Shown here: positions 27,824 to 34,732 of the stretch, in pieces | Position numbering within the stretch: position 1 is the first letter of the stretch | Layout: each line of letters opens with the position of its first letter | Source of the DNA: a virus | Lineage: Duplodnaviria > Caudoviricetes | Length of the DNA: 36,136 bases | IMG/VR virus record: IMGVR_UViG_3300031227_000187 | Location: 1 to 36,136 of that record | Reading direction: 5' to 3' (one strand) | Position numbers and translations under genes: made by a program | Notes under the pieces: model-generated | What the model was told of the DNA's origin: nothing | Database searches by the model: none | The model's input: the letters and a program-made list of their open reading frames with translations, nothing else

Positions 27824-28000
27824 ATGAAAGTAAGTATTGAAAATGGAGAATTAGTTATAAGAGAGCCAATGTCAACCCCGAAACCCTCCGCCAGTGGTAA
27901 GACTATGGTGGTGGCCAGCAGCCACGGGAATAAGGTCACGGATGTGGAGATTGACGGGAAACCCGTGACTATAGGATTCAACGCTTATATCAAGAGATAA
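27824..28000 (+). CDS. Small conserved-type protein, 58 aa, absent from the ORF track
   Basis: MKVSIENGELVIREPMSTPKPSASGKTMVVASSHGNKVTDVEIDGKPVTIGFNAYIKR; AAAGGAG SD; S.SGKT..VAS..GN...G.NAY pattern. Confidence 0.8.
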   Translation: MKVSIENGELVIREPMSTPKPSASGKTMVVASSHGNKVTDVEIDGKPVTIGFNAYIKR

Positions 28001-28009
28001 CCCCAACCC

Positions 28010-28049
28010 CCCGGCATGGTGTGTCCCCGGTTCGACTCCGGGGCCGGGA
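28010..28049 (+). ncRNA. tRNA-like mini-helix (acceptor-like stem plus T arm)
   Basis: CCCGGC (28010-28015) pairs with GCCGGG (28043-28048); T arm CCCGG-TTCGACT-CCGGG (28026-28042); a 10-nt linker replaces the D and anticodon arms. Confidence 0.6.
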
Positions 28050-28084
28050 ATAACTATTTAACCACAACCACGGAGGGCCAGACA

Positions 28085-28411
28085 ATGACAGAGCAGGAGC
28101 AGGCAGTTTATGACCTAGCATTGACAGAGCGTGTAATGGATATACGCCGAAGAAACCAGCGAGAAGAGAGGCGGCAATGGATCGAAGAGGCAGACAACCG
28201 GGGCGGAGTCTTACAAGTTGCTTGCAGTTATGCCAATATCGGGTTAATCGGGGCGTATCTTACCACCAGCGGGCAGGTGTGCCGGGAGGAGTTCGGTTAT
28301 ATTGAGGATGTAGAAGATCCGGACGAGTTCGACACCCACCCCCTCCCCCGTATGACCTGGGCCAGCATAAAAAGATTGCAGAATTGTCTTATCAATTATC
28401 AACAATCATAA
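28085..28411 (+). CDS. Early hypothetical protein (108 aa from MTEQEQ)
   Basis: GGAGG SD before the ATG at 28085; the listed start at 28016 falls inside the tRNA-like element. Confidence 0.7.
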   Translation: MTEQEQAVYDLALTERVMDIRRRNQREERRQWIEEADNRGGVLQVACSYANIGLIGAYLTTSGQVCREEFGYIEDVEDPDEFDTHPLPRMTWASIKRLQNCLINYQQS

Positions 28412-28429
28412 TAACAGGAGCTATAGAAT

Positions 28430-28558
28430 ATGAAAAGATTCCGCTATGTTGACTTGACCGTGGACGGATGCTGGGAGAAGGCCGAGAAGATGATCCGGGC
28501 AGGATGGAAGCTATACAGTCATTCTCCCTGGGTAATGATATTAGAGAGGAGTATATAA
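28430..28558 (+). CDS. Early small protein, 42 aa, absent from the ORF track
   Basis: MKRFRYVDLTVDGCWEKAEKMIRAGWKLYSHSPWVMILERSI; AGGAG SD. Confidence 0.6.
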   Translation: MKRFRYVDLTVDGCWEKAEKMIRAGWKLYSHSPWVMILERSI

Positions 28559-28560
28559 CC

Positions 28561-28722
28561 ATGAGAAAAATACGACTTGGATACATCCACACCCGCTATT
28601 TAATCAACAACCCCGGCCAGCTTCAGCGATATATCAACGGAGCATGGGCCAGTAATCAATTAGACCTACTAACCGCATATATCAAGCTGGAGCAAGCACT
28701 TAAAACAAAATTGACCAAATAA
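28561..28722 (+). CDS. Early small protein (53 aa from MRKIRL)
   Basis: GAGGAG SD before the ATG at 28561. Confidence 0.6.
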   Translation: MRKIRLGYIHTRYLINNPGQLQRYINGAWASNQLDLLTAYIKLEQALKTKLTK

Positions 28723-28742
28723 TCAGTTTATTGACTTATATA
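28708..28742 (+). promoter_or_regulatory. Putative early promoter 2
   Basis: AAATTGAC-N18-ACTTATATA, identical spacing to 27490-27524. Confidence 0.55.
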
Positions 28743-28786
28743 AATAACAACACCAACAAACCCCGGAAAGGGGAAGGAGCGAAACG

Positions 28787-29071
28787 ATGACACCATCAGA
28801 GCTAAAATATGAAGTAGAGAGGAGCGGGATAGAAAGTTATTTCTTTACCCGTGACACTATGCGATTTTTTGGGGATACCATGAAGAATTACGGAGTGCGG
28901 GACGGTGGGACTTTACCAAGCCACTGGGACGAAAGCGGGAGCAACTACAGCGAAACCACCAGAGATATTCCAGTATGGGAGCTATACCGGAAACGGCCCG
29001 TTAAGATGGGGATGGACAGTTCTACATATTTTGATAAAAAAACTTTTGGCGTTATATTCAAAGGAGAATAA
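28787..29071 (+). CDS. Early hypothetical protein
   Basis: 94 aa; YFF.R.TM.FFGDTM.NYGVR pattern recalled from phage early genes; AAGGAG SD. Confidence 0.75.
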   Translation: MTPSELKYEVERSGIESYFFTRDTMRFFGDTMKNYGVRDGGTLPSHWDESGSNYSETTRDIPVWELYRKRPVKMGMDSSTYFDKKTFGVIFKGE

Positions 29072-29076
29072 TTACA

Positions 29077-29442
29077 ATGAACAACAAAGAATATCAAACC
29101 ATGGAATTAGAAAGGTTTAACAGTGAGACAAACTGCTATTTTGACAGCATAAAGGATTTTATTATCTCACTGGAAGACGCTACACCCCGCCGGGACTTGG
29201 AGTGGATCGAAAACGGATCTTACGGGGCCGGGGCATGTCTACAACTACAACGAGAGATGGAATCACTATCGCCCCGGACAAATAACCGGGCCAGGATCGG
29301 GGCTTTCCTTTTGCGGTGCCTATACGGTAAACCCTTCAGATATTGGCATAAACTCCCCGTAACAATTCAGGACAAGCTAAACCGAGGAGTAAACAGCTGG
29401 ATGGAACAAGAAAGAGAATACGCTATACAATTAAAAGTATAA
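29077..29442 (+). CDS. Early hypothetical protein
   Basis: 121 aa with AAAGGAG SD. Confidence 0.75.
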   Translation: MNNKEYQTMELERFNSETNCYFDSIKDFIISLEDATPRRDLEWIENGSYGAGACLQLQREMESLSPRTNNRARIGAFLLRCLYGKPFRYWHKLPVTIQDKLNRGVNSWMEQEREYAIQLKV

Positions 29443-29477
29443 CCCCACCCCCGGGACTTAACCAGGAGAATAAAACC

Positions 29478-29651
29478 ATGAAGAAAAGAAGAAGAATAAA
29501 AAGATATAACTATAGAATAAAGAAATATTTATTAAGAATTACCATCCTATCAATGCAACCCCGGACAATGTTTAAATATTGTAATTGGTGGAGGGAGGCT
29601 GGAGAATGGGAGGCAAGGGCGGGGCGTTACATATTAACCGTATTCAAATAA
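29478..29651 (+). CDS. Early basic small protein, 57 aa, absent from the ORF track
   Basis: MKKRRRIKRYNYRIKKYLLRITILSMQPRTMFKYCNWWREAGEWEARAGRYILTVFK; AGGAG SD. Confidence 0.6.
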   Translation: MKKRRRIKRYNYRIKKYLLRITILSMQPRTMFKYCNWWREAGEWEARAGRYILTVFK

Positions 29652-29714
29652 ACCAAAGAGAAAAGGAGCGGAGAAGATCAACCCACGGTAAACCAGCAAC
29701 AAAGGAGCAATGAC

Positions 29715-29879
29715 ATGGTAACAGCAATTAGAACAATAAAAGCAAGTGCGGGAATGGGAGCGGTAGTTGAAAAATGCCCGTGGTGTAGTGAGGAGCTAGT
29801 TATTTATGATGAGGCAATAGGGACGGAGGATTTCTGCCACTATTGCGGGGAAGCCATAAAGATAGTAAATGCACGATAA
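29715..29879 (+). CDS. Early zinc-ribbon protein, 54 aa, absent from the ORF track
   Basis: CPWC and CHYC pairs; AAAGGAG SD. Confidence 0.7.
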   Translation: MVTAIRTIKASAGMGAVVEKCPWCSEELVIYDEAIGTEDFCHYCGEAIKIVNAR

Positions 29880-29896
29880 CAAAAGGAGCGGAGAAG

Positions 29897-30070
29897 ATGA
29901 ACGGATACAAAGCGTTTTATAAGGGGCATAATATTGAAGTAATGGCAGAATCAAGCTACAAGGCACAGCTTGAGGCGGCCAGGGTATTCAAAGCAAAGAA
30001 AAGTTATCAGGTTTCAGTAGTTATTTGCGAGAAAAACGGACAGCAAGTTATGACTTCAACCTTATTATAA
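29897..30070 (+). CDS. Early small protein (57 aa from MNGYKAFY)
   Basis: AAAAGGAGCGGAG SD before the ATG at 29897. Confidence 0.75.
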   Translation: MNGYKAFYKGHNIEVMAESSYKAQLEAARVFKAKKSYQVSVVICEKNGQQVMTSTLL

Positions 30071-30098
30071 CCCCAGCTAACAAAAAGGAGCGGAGCAA

Positions 30099-30887
30099 AT
30101 GAATATAACAAAGAAAGTAGAGAGCGAAATTATTAAATATTGTGAGAAATACCCGTTGCAATTCTATTATGATTACAATGACCAGTTGAGCAAGGATCAA
30201 ATTATTAAGATGCTGGAGAGTAAGACCCCATTAAATGACCTGGAAGATGAAGTGTGGGAGTGGAACATTGACTATATAGGAGAGATGGAAGACAACTTTA
30301 TCGAGGAAATATATAAAGAGTTTGATATTGACCGGGCCAAGCTCGAAGATGAACAGGAAGTTTACGATATGATCCGGGAGCATATTATTCTTGATACTAA
30401 CATTAAAGAGCTATTGCGAAACACCGGAGATTTGACCTGCCTGATTAAAGTATATTCTAATTATGATTGTTGCAATAGCTTTACCCCGGTTAAAGAACAC
30501 GGTTTCTACCCCGCTGAAGTATTTGACAGGGTAAAGAGCGGAGTTAAACGGGCCGACTATGAGTATGAGTTCAATAATGGAGCATACGGGGGGAGCTTAT
30601 TCTGCTTTATCTTCAAAACGGATATTGAGACATTGCTGGACATTAAAAAGCAGATGATGACAGCAAAGACGGTAACGATCCCGAAAGGAACGCAATTCGG
30701 GTTTTTCAGTTCATTCCAGGGAGCAGGTTCGCTATTCTATAAACAGACTTACCGCAATATGACAATCCCGGTAAAAGAATCAGAGTATGACTGTATAGAT
30801 ATTATTGCTGATATAGAGCAATCTTACTCTATGGATGACGTTTATGGTGGGATAAGAGTAGATGACCAGAACATAACCCTGGCATAG
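30099..30887 (+). CDS. Early acidic hypothetical protein
   Basis: 262 aa, very D/E-rich N-terminal half; AAAGGAGCGGAG SD. Confidence 0.8.
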   Translation: MNITKKVESEIIKYCEKYPLQFYYDYNDQLSKDQIIKMLESKTPLNDLEDEVWEWNIDYIGEMEDNFIEEIYKEFDIDRAKLEDEQEVYDMIREHIILDTNIKELLRNTGDLTCLIKVYSNYDCCNSFTPVKEHGFYPAEVFDRVKSGVKRADYEYEFNNGAYGGSLFCFIFKTDIETLLDIKKQMMTAKTVTIPKGTQFGFFSSFQGAGSLFYKQTYRNMTIPVKESEYDCIDIIADIEQSYSMDDVYGGIRVDDQNITLA

Positions 30888-30905
30888 AGCCAGGAAAGGA
30901 GCGTT

Positions 30906-31070
30906 ATGATTATAACCATAAAAGAAATCAGGGACACGGAAGATCAGGCGGGAGTGAGTCGACTATCCGAAGCATACATACTCAGCCAGGATGATAGAGC
31001 GGAGTATATCGACTGGTTATATGACGAGATGAAACCAACCCCAGACAACGAAACATATCGGGAGGGATAA
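30906..31070 (+). CDS. Early acidic small protein, 54 aa, absent from the ORF track
   Basis: MIITIKEIRDTEDQAGVSRLSEAYILSQDDRAEYIDWLYDEMKPTPDNETYREG; AAAGGAG SD. Confidence 0.65.
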   Translation: MIITIKEIRDTEDQAGVSRLSEAYILSQDDRAEYIDWLYDEMKPTPDNETYREG

Positions 31071-31071
31071 T

Positions 31072-31209
31072 ATGAAATATCAGATCGTACATAATCCGGA
31101 GGATATACTCCCCTGGTTTATTATCAATGAAGAGGGTTACGAGTTATCAGCATACAGAACAGAGCCAGAAGCCAGGGCGTTCTTAGAGGGTCTACTCTGG
31201 GGAGAATAA
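31072..31209 (+). CDS. Early small protein, 45 aa, absent from the ORF track
   Basis: MKYQIVHNPEDILPWFIINEEGYELSAYRTEPEARAFLEGLLWGE; GGAGG SD. Confidence 0.65.
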   Translation: MKYQIVHNPEDILPWFIINEEGYELSAYRTEPEARAFLEGLLWGE

Positions 31210-31224
31210 CAAAGGAGGGATGAA

Positions 31225-31380
31225 ATGGACTTTGAAAGATGGAGAAAGCAGTTGCAACCAATCATTGATGACTGGAAAAACTGGATAAACACTCCGGTTG
31301 AACCCCTGGACGATGATGATGTAGATATATTAGTGGAGAATATCAGGAATCAAATCAACATTAATGAAGGGAATATATAG
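31225..31380 (+). CDS. Early small protein, 51 aa, absent from the ORF track
   Basis: MDFERWRKQLQPIIDDWKNWINTPVEPLDDDDVDILVENIRNQININEGNI; AAAGGAGG SD. Confidence 0.65.
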   Translation: MDFERWRKQLQPIIDDWKNWINTPVEPLDDDDVDILVENIRNQININEGNI

Positions 31381-31495
31381 GAGGAGCAATGGCGAAGAAA
31401 CCCATAACAGAGCATGACCAGTTCGGAGAAAAGGTATCCTTCGCCCGGTATTGGCTATTTATTAATTGAACACTGTTCAAAAAGGATATAGCGAA

Positions 31496-31594
31496 ATGAA
31501 CGACCTGTTTGTTAATATATTAATATTTGCCCTGGTGATACCTTTTGCCATTGGATATGTAATAACCGTAATTAGAACCAGGAGGAATAAATGA
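31496..31594 (+). CDS. Single-pass membrane peptide, 32 aa
   Basis: MNDLFVNILIFALVIPFAIGYVITVIRTRRNK; AAAGGA SD; ATGA overlap with the next gene. Confidence 0.5.
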   Translation: MNDLFVNILIFALVIPFAIGYVITVIRTRRNK

Positions 31595-31851
31595 AACATA
31601 CACCGGGAACATGGATTTATAAAGACGGACAGATTTATGCAGAGAAAACAGGTTACACCATCTCAGTAACCCCTTACTTCGATAAGGAAGATCAAGAGCA
31701 AGTAGCAAATGCGAAACTTATTGCTGCTGCCCCTACCATTCTTGAAGAGTGTCAGAATGTTATGGACAATTTAATCCAAGAGTCAAGTGAAGTATGGAAG
31801 CATGAAATCACTCGACTAGAATATGCCATCAACCAAGCAATAGGAGAATAG
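31591..31851 (+). CDS. Phage hypothetical protein of the HTPGPW...ANARLIAAAP type
   Basis: MKHTPGTW and ANAKLIAAAP motifs; AGGAGG SD. Confidence 0.8.
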   Translation: MKHTPGTWIYKDGQIYAEKTGYTISVTPYFDKEDQEQVANAKLIAAAPTILEECQNVMDNLIQESSEVWKHEITRLEYAINQAIGE

Positions 31852-31853
31852 CC

Positions 31854-32159
31854 ATGAATAAAAGAGAGATTGAAAAGCTTGCAAGGTGGGGGTGTGAGTT
31901 GAACTGCTGGAAATGGCCCGAAGACTTGCCGGGGAAACCTAAAAGATTTGATGAAATGAAAGCTTTTTATCATTATGTACTTGAACGTGACTTAAATGGA
32001 TACCACATTGCAAAAGATGATATAATACGTCCAATGAGAGAACTTATCCTGTCCATAATTGGGGAAAAAGAAGGTATGCGGTATTGGCATCTACATCATT
32101 GCCAACGTACTAACGAAGAATTTGAAATCTGGTGGACTGAAAGGGAGAAAACCAAATGA
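31854..32159 (+). CDS. Hypothetical protein
   Basis: 101 aa with AGGAG SD. Confidence 0.7.
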   Translation: MNKREIEKLARWGCELNCWKWPEDLPGKPKRFDEMKAFYHYVLERDLNGYHIAKDDIIRPMRELILSIIGEKEGMRYWHLHHCQRTNEEFEIWWTEREKTK

Positions 32160-32578
32160 CAGATATAGAGAAGGCCAGAGAGAGAATACAGGGGTTAATC
32201 GAGAGGAGGTATCCACGGTCAAACTTTGCCAATGACATGACCCAGATAGCATTGATCGAATATGCCAATGGATCTACTATCTATCAGGGGATAGCTAAAG
32301 CTCGGAGTGAAGAGCGAAAATGGACTAAACCCAAAAGACTTTATGGAGAGATTACCTCATTTAACATTGATAATGCTGGAGCAATAGAGCAGTCACGCCG
32401 GGACGATAGGCAGAAGGAACGAAGCGAAGTTGCTATTGATATTCTATTACGCTTGCTACACCTACCTATATCGAAGCTGTCATCCATTACGGGGAAGAGT
32501 AAAAGGCAATCGCTCAGGGATAAGAATAGTATCAGAGAATTGCTTGGATTGGATAGTGAGGTTGGTTACTATATCTAA
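32156..32578 (+). CDS. Sigma-factor-like / HTH regulator
   Basis: 140 aa; NDMTQIALI resembles sigma region 2 (D..Q.A.I); ISKLSSITGKSKRQSLRDKNSI resembles a region 4 HTH. Confidence 0.45.
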   Translation: MTDIEKARERIQGLIERRYPRSNFANDMTQIALIEYANGSTIYQGIAKARSEERKWTKPKRLYGEITSFNIDNAGAIEQSRRDDRQKERSEVAIDILLRLLHLPISKLSSITGKSKRQSLRDKNSIRELLGLDSEVGYYI

Positions 32579-32587
32579 TAAACAATG

Positions 32588-32623
32588 CCCCCCAAGGGAC
32601 TCTCCCCTGGGGGGTTATTCTTT
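32588..32623. terminator. Probable bidirectional terminator between convergent units
   Basis: CCCCCCAAGGGA-CTC-TCCCCTGGGGGG stem, followed by TTATTCTTT on plus and CATTGTTT on minus. Confidence 0.75.
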
Positions 32624-32625
32624 GC

Positions 32626-33378
32626 CTAAATATCTACAGCTGTCCAGCCACTAAGATATTCGCTTATAAGATATTCATATGTTAAATAGCCAAATCCTTT
32701 TTCTCCCCACCCCGGCCCCCAGCTATTCTTGAACTTCATTAGCTTCTTGTCGTCATCCCATCCACAAGCATATATCGCATGGCCACCCTTCCTCGATTGC
32801 TTCCCTTTGAATGTTATTACCCCGGTACTATTGACTCTACTCCACTGATAGGTTGTATATACTCCCATAACCATTCCACCGTACTGGTATATCGCTTGTT
32901 TTATCTCATCCAGGAAAGGATCTACCTTCGCATATGTCTTGATTTTGGATATTTCTGCCTGCTCCTTCCAGTCTGAACACGGAGTTAAGCCTATACGGGG
33001 CCGATAAGGGAGGCATTGTTCCAAGCATACCCCAGTTTCAGCCATAACCTTCAGGACGGAGCGAAGATATGTTCCCTCCCCGGCCAGTCCATCCGTGAGC
33101 TTGGCAAGCTGGTAGACAAACAATGGGGATAGCTTTACCGAAGTCTTAACCTTGTGAGATAGCCTTTCCGTAAACTCTTGCTGTTCCTTCAATCCCACTA
33201 CTGAAGCAAAGGCAGCACAAGATCCTAGCCTGCCCTGGTCACGTACTGGTGTAATGTTCGGTACGGTATAAGTCCTGGGGAGTCCGGCAAGCTCCAGGTC
33301 CCATGCTAAATATGCTGATACTGGGTAATCCCTTGTGTCCTCAGGATCAGGTTGTAGTCCCTTAAAATACTTCTTCAT
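32626..33378 (-). CDS. Papain-like cysteine protease (peptidase C1A)
   Basis: DQGRLGSCAAFA (Gln/Cys), GGHAI (His), KNSWG..WGEKGF (Asn); D.RD propeptide-like start; no signal peptide. Confidence 0.92.
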   Translation of the reverse strand: MKKYFKGLQPDPEDTRDYPVSAYLAWDLELAGLPRTYTVPNITPVRDQGRLGSCAAFASVVGLKEQQEFTERLSHKVKTSVKLSPLFVYQLAKLTDGLAGEGTYLRSVLKVMAETGVCLEQCLPYRPRIGLTPCSDWKEQAEISKIKTYAKVDPFLDEIKQAIYQYGGMVMGVYTTYQWSRVNSTGVITFKGKQSRKGGHAIYACGWDDDKKLMKFKNSWGPGWGEKGFGYLTYEYLISEYLSGWTAVDI

Positions 33379-33600
33379 CTAACATACCTCCTTGATTAAC
33401 GCATCTGCAGCGAGAACTGCTTGTTTTGCTCTCTCCTTATGACTATCCCAGCAACCTATTGAACTTGGATGTGCTTCGGCAGATAACAATCCTAATAGTG
33501 CTTGCCCTGAATAATATTGACGGAGAGTAACACCTGTCTGGATAAAACTGACTGGATATGCTGGAATATCTCCTTTCTTGTCCTGAGATTTACTCATCAT
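33379..33600 (-). CDS. Phage hypothetical protein of the G.TLR.Y...A..G...ADA.I type
   Basis: PAYP, GVTLRQYYSGQALLGLL and AADALI motifs; GAGGAG SD before ATGATG at 33600. Confidence 0.75.
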   Translation of the reverse strand: MMSKSQDKKGDIPAYPVSFIQTGVTLRQYYSGQALLGLLSAEAHPSSIGCWDSHKERAKQAVLAADALIKEVC

Positions 33601-33671
33601 ACTTCTCCTCTTGATAGGTTGGATAACGATAGCCAGATATGTACCAACTGTGGTCAGAACGTTGGCTGATA

Positions 33672-33851
33672 TTATTCTGCATCCGGGGGCGAAGCGAAAT
33701 GCCAACAATTACTTCGGTGAGATACTGGATATCCGTAATAGTTGCATACTCCTTCGGCGTCATCATCATCAAGTAATTCAACGATCTGCTCATCGGTCAT
33801 CTCCGATTCTTTCTCTATGAAGTGAATGCAATCTTCACAAGTTTCATTCAT
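33672..33851 (-). CDS. Small four-cysteine metal-binding protein, 59 aa, absent from the ORF track
   Basis: MNETCEDCIHF...EGVCNYYGYPVSHRSNCWHF; AAGGAG SD. Confidence 0.7.
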   Translation of the reverse strand: MNETCEDCIHFIEKESEMTDEQIVELLDDDDAEGVCNYYGYPVSHRSNCWHFASPPDAE

Positions 33852-33865
33852 TATACCACTCCTTG

Positions 33866-33877
33866 GAACACGTGTTC
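33866..33877. repeat. Palindrome GAACACGTGTTC, copy 4 (intergenic, just upstream of an RBS)
   Basis: Between the stop at 33888 and the AAGGAG SD of the 33851 gene. Confidence 0.9.
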
Positions 33878-33887
33878 ACTATAGCAT

Positions 33888-34175
33888 TCAGTCAACTAAG
33901 AAATCAACCCATATACCCAAGTCTGTCCGGTTCTCCTTGTGGAATAGTACTTCCAATCCACCACTCTCTAAGAACTTCATTATTAAATCAATATATACTG
34001 GGCTAAATCCTAATGACTGGATCGCTTGAAGCTGATGGATAATTGGCTTGGGTAGGGTGGGGGGAACTGATCTATATCCTATTCCTGCATTGAATGAACA
34101 CCTTGAACAGCCAGTAATAAATAGTATTGAGATAACTAGGGCTACTAAGCATAGAATTAGTATTATATACTTCAT
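33888..34175 (-). CDS. Putative lipoprotein
   Basis: MK, hydrophobic stretch, ITGC lipobox-like motif; GGAGG SD. Confidence 0.6.
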   Translation of the reverse strand: MKYIILILCLVALVISILFITGCSRCSFNAGIGYRSVPPTLPKPIIHQLQAIQSLGFSPVYIDLIMKFLESGGLEVLFHKENRTDLGIWVDFLVD

Positions 34176-34176
34176 C

Positions 34177-34371
34177 CTATCCTCCCCTGGTTATGATTCT
34201 CGTCTTCTTCTTGTCTTTCTGTATCGCCTCCTCAATCTTTCTCAATAGGTTGAATAACATCTGTAGTTGCAGGTCGAAGGCTTGCTGGCGATACTCCAGG
34301 TTCATAACCTTTTTTCGTAGAGGATCTCTTCTTCCCAGACTTATTGACATTTTTCCCAACTTTAAGTTCAT
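34177..34371 (-). CDS. Small coiled-coil protein
   Basis: 64 aa; AGGAGG SD; stop 1 nt from the next start. Confidence 0.6.
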   Translation of the reverse strand: MNLKLGKMSISLGRRDPLRKKVMNLEYRQQAFDLQLQMLFNLLRKIEEAIQKDKKKTRIITRGG

Positions 34372-34732
34372 TGATCTCCTCCTGCATGTTCTCTATGCGG
34401 TTGATTGAGTGATGGGAACGGTTAGAGTTCAAGCGTACCTTCCGATATAACACACTAATTGCATTTAGCCTACGGAACAGTTCCTTGTTTGCCTCGATAA
34501 GAGAGTCTCGGAGTATTGTTATCTCAGACTCATGCTCAGAAACAAACTCCTCTACAATCTCTATCCGTTCCATATTGGCCACGATTGAATCGGAGAAGTC
34601 GTCAAACACTTCGTTCAAGTTCTCATCAATATAGTCATTGCCTTTTTCCAGCTCAAGTATCCTGTTGTGATGTTCGAGATTAACCTCTCCCAACTTCTTG
34701 AGTTCACTCCATATTCTTTCTTCATTAATCAT
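34232..34732 (-). CDS. Acidic coiled-coil protein
   Basis: 166 aa with heptad pattern; AGGAGG SD; last 140 nt overlap the next gene. Confidence 0.65.
   Translation of the reverse strand: MINEERIWSELKKLGEVNLEHHNRILELEKGNDYIDENLNEVFDDFSDSIVANMERIEIVEEFVSEHESEITILRDSLIEANKELFRRLNAISVLYRKVRLNSNRSHHSINRIENMQEEINELKVGKNVNKSGKKRSSTKKGYEPGVSPASLRPATTDVIQPIEKD

Noticed and set aside
28010-28049. Functional tRNA gene
   Set aside because: No D or anticodon arm; kept only as a tRNA-like element.
31389-31469. 26-aa ORF MAKKPITEHDQFGEKVSFARYWLFIN with a strong SD
   Set aside because: Too short to support as a gene; its stop falls in the variant palindrome at 31466, so it may be a truncated remnant.
33590-33793. 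Listed 67-aa minus-strand ORF
   Set aside because: The overlapping frame 33672-33851 has a clear SD and a four-Cys motif and is the better call.
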